From Candidatus Latescibacterota bacterium (GTDB taxonomy: Bacteria; Latescibacterota; UBA2968; GCA-2709665), in the NCBI GenBank assembly GCA_965203805.1, contig OZ241917.1:3008001-3072000 (forward strand): a stretch of DNA of 64,000 bases. Reading direction: 5' to 3'. The notes under the pieces were generated by a model, which had not been told where the DNA came from, searched no databases, and saw only the letters and a list, made by a program, of their open reading frames with translations. Made by a program: the position numbers and the translations under genes. Of the stretch, positions 56,941 to 64,000 are shown piece after piece; positions within the stretch are counted from its first letter, which is position 1; every line of letters begins with the position of its first letter.

Positions 56941-58677
56941 ATGAGCGCTGGTGTCCGCAAGTTCATTGTCTTTGCCATTGCCCTGGCCGTATCCTGGATC
57001 GTCGGGATCAACGTGGCCCCGACCTGGACCGTCGAGCAGATCGCCCTCGATGCTCACGTCGACAGAGACGGAAATCTCTACTACATATATCGGGGAGAGC
57101 CGGCCTATTTTCACCCCGTACCCATTGAGGAGGCGCTGCTCAACCCCGAGCGAATGGAAGGCTCGCGCGAGACCCCGGAAGTGAAGAAGGAGTTTGTCTC
57201 CGTGGTCAGGATGGAGGAGGGGGAGCCAAGGACCCTATACTATCAGCTGCTGGCCAAGCACCACTGGGGCTTCTGGTCCCTGCTGCCCGCGGTGGTCGCC
57301 GTGCTCCTGTGCTGGCTCACCCGGGAGCCGGTTACCTCGCTCATTGGCGGCATCCTGTCGGGAGCCCTGGTGCTTACCCGCTACGACTTCACCGGCGAAG
57401 TCCTGATACCCTCGCTGGCCACGACCAGCTCCGCCGGCGTCCTGCTCCTCTACCTGTGGCTGCTGGGCGGGCTGATGGGGATCTGGTCCCGGACGGGCGC
57501 CGCGCAGGCGTTCGCCGAGTTAATGACCGAGCGCTTCGTGCGCGGTCCGCGAAGCGCGAAGCTCGTCTCCTGGATGCTCGGCGTCATCTTCTTCCAGGGG
57601 GGCACGGTCAGCACCGTGCTGGTCGGCACCACGGTCAAGCCGATCGCCGATACAGAAAAGGTCAGCCACGAAGAGCTCGCCTATATCGTCGACTCGACCG
57701 CCTCGCCGATCGCTTCCCAGCTCGCTTTCAACGCCTGGCCCGGATATGTACAGGCTTTCATCTTCGTCTCCGGGGTCGGATTCCTCGCCACCGAGACGGA
57801 CCGCATCGCCTTCTTCTTCCGGAGCGTGCCGTTCTGCTTCTACGCGATCTTCGCCGTGCTCGGCACCTTTCTCCTCAGCATCGAGAGGCCCCTGTTCCTC
57901 GGCAAGCGGCTCAAGGCGGCGATGGAGCGCTCCCGCGCGACCGGCCAGCTCGACGCCGAGGGAGCGAACCCCCTCAGCGCGAAGGAGCTGCAGGGAAGCA
58001 ACGTTCCCGAGGGCTATACCCCCCACGTGATGGAGTTCTTCCTGCCTTTGATTTCCCTCATCGGCATCGCCGTCGGCACCTTCATCGTCAGCGGCTCTCC
58101 CAACGTGCAGTGGGCCTTCGGAACGGCCCTGGTGCTCGCCGCGGGGATGGCTCTGGCCAAGGGGATGTCGCTGAAGGATCTTGTGGCGGGATTCCACGAC
58201 GGCCTCAAGGGGGTGGTGCTCGGTTCCGTCATTCTCCTGCTCGCCATCACCATCGGAGGGATAAACAAGGAGACGGGGGGCGGCATCTTTCTGGTCGAGC
58301 AACTCGGGGAGGCAATTCCCTACTTCCTGCTGCCGGTGCTGTTGCAGATCATGACCATGGTCATCGCCTTCTCCACGGGGACGAGCTGGGGCACGTACGC
58401 GGTGGCCTTCCCGCTGGCCATGCCGCTGGCCTGGGCGGTGGCAGGGGCTCACGGGCTTTCACATCCTGAGCTCTTCATGACGCTCTGCTTCGCCGCGGTC
58501 ATGGACGGCAGCGTGTACGGCGACCAGTGCTCGCCGATCTCCGACACCACCGTGCTCAGCTCGATGTGCACCGGCTGCGACCTGATGGACCACGTCAAGA
58601 CTCAGATCCCCCAGGCGTCCATCGCGGCCTTCCTGGCGGCGATCTGCTGGACCGTCGTCGCCTTCTTCACCGCCTGA
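56941..58677 (+). CDS. Na+/H+ antiporter NhaC-family transporter
   Basis: WSLLPAVVA, ELAYIVDSTASP, FSTGTSWGT and GDQCSPISDTTVLSS..DHVKTQ. Confidence 0.9.
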   Translation: MSAGVRKFIVFAIALAVSWIVGINVAPTWTVEQIALDAHVDRDGNLYYIYRGEPAYFHPVPIEEALLNPERMEGSRETPEVKKEFVSVVRMEEGEPRTLYYQLLAKHHWGFWSLLPAVVAVLLCWLTREPVTSLIGGILSGALVLTRYDFTGEVLIPSLATTSSAGVLLLYLWLLGGLMGIWSRTGAAQAFAELMTERFVRGPRSAKLVSWMLGVIFFQGGTVSTVLVGTTVKPIADTEKVSHEELAYIVDSTASPIASQLAFNAWPGYVQAFIFVSGVGFLATETDRIAFFFRSVPFCFYAIFAVLGTFLLSIERPLFLGKRLKAAMERSRATGQLDAEGANPLSAKELQGSNVPEGYTPHVMEFFLPLISLIGIAVGTFIVSGSPNVQWAFGTALVLAAGMALAKGMSLKDLVAGFHDGLKGVVLGSVILLLAITIGGINKETGGGIFLVEQLGEAIPYFLLPVLLQIMTMVIAFSTGTSWGTYAVAFPLAMPLAWAVAGAHGLSHPELFMTLCFAAVMDGSVYGDQCSPISDTTVLSSMCTGCDLMDHVKTQIPQASIAAFLAAICWTVVAFFTA

Positions 58678-58718
58678 GAGGAAGTGGGCCCGGCAGGCGG
58701 ACAGGTGGGCGCCGCTAT

Positions 58719-61622
58719 TCACGGGTCCGTCTTTTTTTTAGGTGAACGCCCTGGCCGCGTTTCCGGAACCCTCCGCGTATATTTGCAGTCGGGCCAATTC
58801 GAACAACCGATAAACCGTCCATATTTTCCACGCTTCTCGTGCAGCCATCCAAAGCACGCCGGACATCCCTCAACGGCCTGCCTGCAGTCCCGGCAACGGT
58901 AGTTCTCATCGGCCTTCGCCAGCAATCCGGTCCTGCAATGGGGACATCCGGGCTGTCGATACTCGCAATATGGCCAATGCGAACAACCGTAGAATATCCC
59001 CCCGTCCTTGGCGCTACGTCTACGCTGCATCCTTCCATGGATGCATTTGGGGCACGGAACATCCCGTTCGGGTCGCTTTCCGTGGACCTCAACGTCATAG
59101 CCGCCCTTCATCAACTCCTCGACGAAAGCCGAAGGCGTTCCCGCATCGATGACGAGATAGACGCCGCGCCGGGCGCGTGTGACCGCGACATAGAACAGTC
59201 GGCGCTCCTCGGCGTTTGGATGTGCTTCCGGCTCAGCCAGAACGAGGTCCAGTAGCGGGTCGTCGTCGATCTCGGAGGGGAAGCCGTACTTTCCGGAGTA
59301 CATGCCGAGCACCACCACATAGTCGGCCTCAAGGCCCTTGGAGCCATGTGCCGTCATGAAAGTGAGTTTGAGATTGAAATGCGCGCGCGCCAACGCGTCC
59401 ATATTCTGAGGCCTGGTGTGCCTGTACCGGCCCAGCAACAGAACCGTAGCGTGCTCGTCGTCCTCGGCGGCATGAGCGGCAATTGCGTTCAACGCCTCCG
59501 CCACGGGATCGGGAGACGTGTCCCGGGCGAACAATAAGTGCACGCATGGTTCGTCTGCATTGAAGATGGACGTAACACGCTTACGGATCTGTGCGGGGTT
59601 GCTGAGGACGAATCGGGTTGCGAGATCGGCGATACGATCCGCGCACCTGAACGTCGTTTCCAGTTTGACGCGTTCGCCCTCGCCGAAGCGCGCAGTGAAC
59701 TCTCGCATGATGGCGATGTCCGAACCCGCAAATCGGAAGATGGCCTGCCAGTCGTCGCCGACCGCGAACAACTGCGAGGTGTTCAATGTGTCCAGCAACG
59801 CCTTCAGCAGACGCGCTCTCCCGTCCGAGATATCCTGAAACTCATCGACGAGGATGTAACCGTACCGGTTGCGGTAACGCCCGCTCCGCACGTGTTCCGT
59901 CGCGTTGGTGATCATGTCGTGGAAATCGATCTGCCGCTTCCGAGCAAGCGATTCCTGGTAACGCTCATATACAGGAATGAAGACGGTCAGGAACGCCTCG
60001 GCCCGAAGACGGTTTCGAGCCCTGGCAGCCCTGCGGGCCACGTCGTCTGCGGAAAGTTGCGCACCCTTGTAGTGATGGAGAAACGTTGCAACCAGACGCG
60101 TGAAAGGTTCGATTCGACCCTGCTGTTCGAGGACGGAGAAGGTATTCCGGGATGGGATCGGAGACAGCTTTATCCCATGGACGGCCAGTTTTTCCGCCAG
60201 GTTCCCGGTCAGTCTGCCCGCGTCCTTTTCGTGGCTATAGGTTTCCACGAGAACCGTGCCATGTTCCGCATGCAGCCGTCTCTTCCAGTCCAATGACCTG
60301 AGATATTCGTCGCGATCGATAAAAGGAGGTGTATCGTTCGATTCCGAGAGTGCGAAATGCTCAATGTAAATCCCCGTGCCAGGGAGGGTGAAGTCGGGCT
60401 GGTACTGCCTCTTGACCGACGTGGCGGTGTCGTGTTCGTAGTCGCGTTCGTACTCATAGGACACACCGTTGAGGTAAAGGAAGTTGGCAATCTCGCATTC
60501 TTCGAAACTCTTGAGCTTCTCGCCTTGCAGAGACCGGACCTCGTTGTCCCGGAGATAGGCCCAATACTCTCCCTGAGTCCGGAATTCGAACTCGCTTCGG
60601 TACGGAGCAAAATGCCCTGCGAACCATCCGAGCATGTCGTCGGCGTACCTGGGATCGGCGACGAGGTCGCCAACGATGCCCTTCAGCAGGTCGAACAGGG
60701 CATGGTCATCTACCGCAGCCTTTGCCACGGCCGGGCGTCTGCGTTCCACCTCGCCGATGATCGACATGCCCAGGCTATGGAACGTTCGAACCGTGAGCCC
60801 GGCGCCCAGCCGAACGCCAAGGCGTTTTCGGATCCTTTCCTTCATTTCTTCCTGGGCATCTTTGGCAAATGCAAGCAGAAGCAGTTCCGATGGACGCCGG
60901 TACCCCTTCTGAATGAGCCAGCCCGCCTTGGCAACGATGACTGACGTCTTGCCGCTTCCGGCGGCTGCGACGACCAGGTTGCGGTCGTCATCGACGACAA
61001 CCGCTCTGCGCTGCTCGTCCGTGAGCGGCCTGGCCTCGATCCTTTCGAAGAAATCCCTGGATCGGACCAGCTCTTTGGCCACGAACGTCTCGCAAGCTCT
61101 CACCCGAAAACCTTCTGAATCGTCCGAGAAGGCCTGAATCGCCTTCAGCATTCGGCTTTCTGCGATGCCGGAGAGCTGTTCGGGCCACCGAGATGGGAAC
61201 CGGGCAACCAGATCTTTAGCATCTTGTTCGATCGGGGAAAAGACGGTACGCGCCACATACCGCGGCGGATCGGTAAACTGTGCAAGGCGTTCGTAGACGG
61301 ATTTAATCGTACGAGCATGTGAATCCAGGGCGCCTCGCCACCAGTCGACTCTCGCGCTCATGAGTGCGTCGCCGAACACCCGGGCGTCCGCCTTCGACAA
61401 TCCGGATACCGTTGCCTCGCCGGAGGCGTAACATATCTGCAGTCCTCCCCAGAACCACCCCTGCGCCACCTCCGCGGTCTCGATTTCCCGAAAGGGGATG
61501 TCGAACGACCGGGACGGGTATTCCAGGATCAAAGTATCACTGTTCAACGTGACCGCCCCGGCATGTCCCCGGCGAAGGACCGGGAACACGTACGTGGCCA
61601 GGCCGGATCGTCCGACGCGCAT
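58719..61622 (-). CDS. DNA helicase IV/UvrD-like SF1 helicase with inserted nuclease-like segment and C-terminal topoisomerase-type zinc ribbons
   Basis: AAAGSGKT, VDEFQD, VGDDWQAIFRF, HGSKGLE, EERRLFYVAVTRAR; CPKC..FYGCS.WP.C, CPHC..CRDC, CPAC..FIGCSNWPDC. Confidence 0.9.
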   Translation of the reverse strand: MRVGRSGLATYVFPVLRRGHAGAVTLNSDTLILEYPSRSFDIPFREIETAEVAQGWFWGGLQICYASGEATVSGLSKADARVFGDALMSARVDWWRGALDSHARTIKSVYERLAQFTDPPRYVARTVFSPIEQDAKDLVARFPSRWPEQLSGIAESRMLKAIQAFSDDSEGFRVRACETFVAKELVRSRDFFERIEARPLTDEQRRAVVVDDDRNLVVAAAGSGKTSVIVAKAGWLIQKGYRRPSELLLLAFAKDAQEEMKERIRKRLGVRLGAGLTVRTFHSLGMSIIGEVERRRPAVAKAAVDDHALFDLLKGIVGDLVADPRYADDMLGWFAGHFAPYRSEFEFRTQGEYWAYLRDNEVRSLQGEKLKSFEECEIANFLYLNGVSYEYERDYEHDTATSVKRQYQPDFTLPGTGIYIEHFALSESNDTPPFIDRDEYLRSLDWKRRLHAEHGTVLVETYSHEKDAGRLTGNLAEKLAVHGIKLSPIPSRNTFSVLEQQGRIEPFTRLVATFLHHYKGAQLSADDVARRAARARNRLRAEAFLTVFIPVYERYQESLARKRQIDFHDMITNATEHVRSGRYRNRYGYILVDEFQDISDGRARLLKALLDTLNTSQLFAVGDDWQAIFRFAGSDIAIMREFTARFGEGERVKLETTFRCADRIADLATRFVLSNPAQIRKRVTSIFNADEPCVHLLFARDTSPDPVAEALNAIAAHAAEDDEHATVLLLGRYRHTRPQNMDALARAHFNLKLTFMTAHGSKGLEADYVVVLGMYSGKYGFPSEIDDDPLLDLVLAEPEAHPNAEERRLFYVAVTRARRGVYLVIDAGTPSAFVEELMKGGYDVEVHGKRPERDVPCPKCIHGRMQRRRSAKDGGIFYGCSHWPYCEYRQPGCPHCRTGLLAKADENYRCRDCRQAVEGCPACFGWLHEKRGKYGRFIGCSNWPDCKYTRRVPETRPGRSPKKKTDP

Positions 61623-62076
61623 AGATCCCCCCGGGCCCGATACCCTGTCTGATTCAAGATGACGAGTTTTACTGCAAATCGTACGCCAGGCCGATCGGAC
61701 ATCGACTGAAAAGCCGGTCGTGCATGGGGTCGCTGCACTGACTCATGGATCCGCCCTATCGACTGCCGCGCCCGCGTCAATACCTGTCCCGAAGAGGGTT
61801 TTACGGCAATCCGCCTTGAATTCCGCCGCTGTTTTCCGTTGACACGCTCCTGCAATGCCGCTTTCTTTCGCCTTCCTGTACGTGGCGATTCGTTTTGGAC
61901 GGAATGGGTACACATTGTTCTCCAATGTCCCGGAACGGATGGCGTGCCTCTGCAGAAAATGTTACATTTCCTCTCAATGCAGTGAAAGCAATTGTAAACG
62001 GGATCCAACGCCGGATTGACAATCCATTCTTTTCCCATCCCGCGGGACCTTTTTCTTGAAGGGCAAAGGATACCCC

Positions 62077-62877
62077 ATGGAAACCGTACGTGACAGGCTC
62101 TGGATCTTCACGTGTGTGGCCGGATCGGACAACGACTCGCTCACTTACGCCGGGTACACGCAGGGGTCGCGGATGACGCCGGCCGAAGGCGCGTTGTTTC
62201 TGGACGTACCCAACCTCCATATGATCCGGTGGCGCGGCCTGCCCGCGTATCCGTACGAACAGTACGCCGTTACCTTTTCCTCTCTGAAGCAGGTCACCTG
62301 GTCCATCGTGGGCAGCGGCGGACAGGTGGAAGGGGACGAACTCCAGCGAGTGCTCGATCTGGCCGAGCGGCATCCCAATATCACCGGGGTCTATCTGGAC
62401 GACTTCATGCGAAAGGACGGCAAAGGCGCCCTCAGCGTGGACGACCTCGCCGGAATCCGTCCGCGACTGAACGTTGCAGGCAGCAGGCTGGACCTCTGGG
62501 TGGTCCTGTACATCAGGCAACTCAACCTGCCCGTCACGCCGTACCTGGAACACTGCGACGTGGTTAACCTCTGGACCTGGAACTCCGACGAACTGGCAGA
62601 CCTCGAACGGAACATGGAACGACTCGAAGCCGTCAACCCCGGCGGTCGGGTCTCCCTGGGATGTTATCTCTGGGACTACCACAACCGGCGCGCTGTGTCG
62701 ATCTCGCAGATGGAGCACCAGTGCAATCTGGGTCTCCGGTGGCTCCGGGAAGGCCGAATCGAGAGCATCGTCTTTCTCGGCAACACCTGCTGCGACATCG
62801 GCATCGAGTCCGCCCCGTGGGCGCAGGCGTGGATCAGGGAGGTGGGCGATATCCCGCTGAACGCGGTCGACGAGTGA
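62077..62877 (+). CDS. Conserved hypothetical protein (possible TIM-barrel)
   Basis: 266-aa ORF with AAGGA RBS and coding-like codon use; SRMTPAEGA, PNITGVYLDDF and LGCYLWDY. Confidence 0.7.
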   Translation: METVRDRLWIFTCVAGSDNDSLTYAGYTQGSRMTPAEGALFLDVPNLHMIRWRGLPAYPYEQYAVTFSSLKQVTWSIVGSGGQVEGDELQRVLDLAERHPNITGVYLDDFMRKDGKGALSVDDLAGIRPRLNVAGSRLDLWVVLYIRQLNLPVTPYLEHCDVVNLWTWNSDELADLERNMERLEAVNPGGRVSLGCYLWDYHNRRAVSISQMEHQCNLGLRWLREGRIESIVFLGNTCCDIGIESAPWAQAWIREVGDIPLNAVDE

Positions 62878-62962
62878 ACCAAGCGCGGGAGACAATAACC
62901 ACAAAGGCACAAAACGGGTAAAGCAGCGCGACTATGTAAAGCGACGTGAGGAGACGATCGAT

Positions 62963-64000
62963 ATGGAGAACCGGGAAGGGATCGGAAACAACCTCGACAA
63001 GAACACGTATATACCCAGCGACGGCCACCATGCGTTTTACGCATCGGGACAGACGTATACGGGCGCGACCGGCGAACGCATCGTTGAAACGGTGACCTCC
63101 GAATGCCTCCAGTGGGTGACTCACGATGACGGACGCACAACGTTGGACGCCTGTTACGACGGCACCTGGCTCAGGATTTCCCAAGACAACGGAACACACT
63201 GGACGGATTGGGGACCGAGGGTGAGGTTCGACATTGGGATCAAGGAAGAACAGCTGATGCCGGCGGGATTCAGCCTGGATGCGAAGAACGACACCCTGGT
63301 GCGGTTCTTCCGTGGGCAGAAGGCCGATAAGAGCTGCTACGGATACATCAACCAGGGCGCTTACCGGGCGTATACCAGCATTTCCGGAGACCAGGGAGCA
63401 ACCTGGAGCGAGCCGGAGCAGATCATCTCCCGGGGTGACGGTTTTGACGCGGAACGCTGGGGTCCCGGCTTCGAATACGGCGTCCGAGGCGGGATCCTCA
63501 ACGGGAACCACTGCATCTGGCTGGAGGACGGGTCGGTGCTGGCGCCCTTCACGGAATACGAACGACTGGACGGTACCAGACCCTGGTGCTTCAGGGTGGT
63601 CTGCGCAAGGGGAAACTGGAAGGACGATATGAGCGGGCTTGACTGGGAGTTCGGGGACTTTATCGAGGTGCCGCTTGAGAAGTCCCGCATCGGATGCTGC
63701 GAGCCCTCGATCACGCCGCTGGAATCGGGTGCGCTGTTCGTCACGATGCGGTGTCAGGGGAATGAGGCCGAGGGCTCTTATACCCTACCGTATACCGCCG
63801 TTTCGGAGGATGGCGGAATGAGCTGGACGCCGCCGGAGCCGCTGACCTACGACGACGGTACGAACGTATGGACGCCCGCCTCGTGTACAGCTTTTTATGA
63901 TTCCTCCGTGACGGGAAAGACCTATTGGATTGCCAATATCCTGGACGGCCCCGTCTACGGCCAGATTCCTCGATATCCATTGCAGATCGCCGAATTCGAC
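62963..64000 (+). CDS. BNR/Asp-box sialidase-family protein (3' truncated; absent from the ORF track)
   Basis: GAGGAG RBS, ATG 62963, reading to the window end; Asp boxes SQDNGTHW, SGDQGATW and SEDGGMSW. Confidence 0.85.
   Translation, partial: MENREGIGNNLDKNTYIPSDGHHAFYASGQTYTGATGERIVETVTSECLQWVTHDDGRTTLDACYDGTWLRISQDNGTHWTDWGPRVRFDIGIKEEQLMPAGFSLDAKNDTLVRFFRGQKADKSCYGYINQGAYRAYTSISGDQGATWSEPEQIISRGDGFDAERWGPGFEYGVRGGILNGNHCIWLEDGSVLAPFTEYERLDGTRPWCFRVVCARGNWKDDMSGLDWEFGDFIEVPLEKSRIGCCEPSITPLESGALFVTMRCQGNEAEGSYTLPYTAVSEDGGMSWTPPEPLTYDDGTNVWTPASCTAFYDSSVTGKTYWIANILDGPVYGQIPRYPLQIAEFD

Noticed and set aside
61743-61925. 60-aa ORF upstream of the helicase
   Set aside because: TTG start, weak RBS and no motif; it cannot be supported.

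Overview
GC-rich bacterial chromosome, mostly housekeeping. Marker genes (GWxTD-domain protein, PorV/FadL-like barrel, DUF3098-like protein, PASTA protein next to rpe, EF-hand/dockerin-like surface protein) suggest an FCB-superphylum lineage such as Latescibacterota or Gemmatimonadota; this is inference. From left to right: a partial DegT-type aminotransferase, an APH-like kinase, two metal transporters with a palindromic operator, a GNAT, an epimerase, tRNA-Val(TAC), the minus-strand ffh-rpsP-rimM-trmD-rplS block, rpe and a PASTA protein, an RluA-like protein, a pentapeptide-repeat protein, 5-FTHF cyclo-ligase, uppS-cdsA-dxr-rseP, and a dcw cluster (mraZ to ftsZ) lacking mraY, murD and ddl, with a MITE where mraY-murD normally sit. 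The right half holds an opine dehydrogenase, moaB, a phosphatase relic, an HDAC-family protein, pheA, an aminotransferase, a TPR-GWxTD protein, an eight-gene catabolic operon, a toxin-first VapC/Phd module, an NhaC-type transporter, a helicase IV-like nuclease/zinc-ribbon protein and a partial sialidase-like gene. No CRISPR array, rRNA, integrase or transposase was seen, and I cannot claim a clearly new multi-gene system. The best leads are a 154-nt rod-like RNA candidate upstream of ffh, an RluA homolog lacking its catalytic Asp, a CDS whose stop codon lies inside a tRNA, the MITE at the mraY-murD gap, and FtsZ with two C-terminal core peptides. All product calls come from motif recognition by eye; no searches were run.
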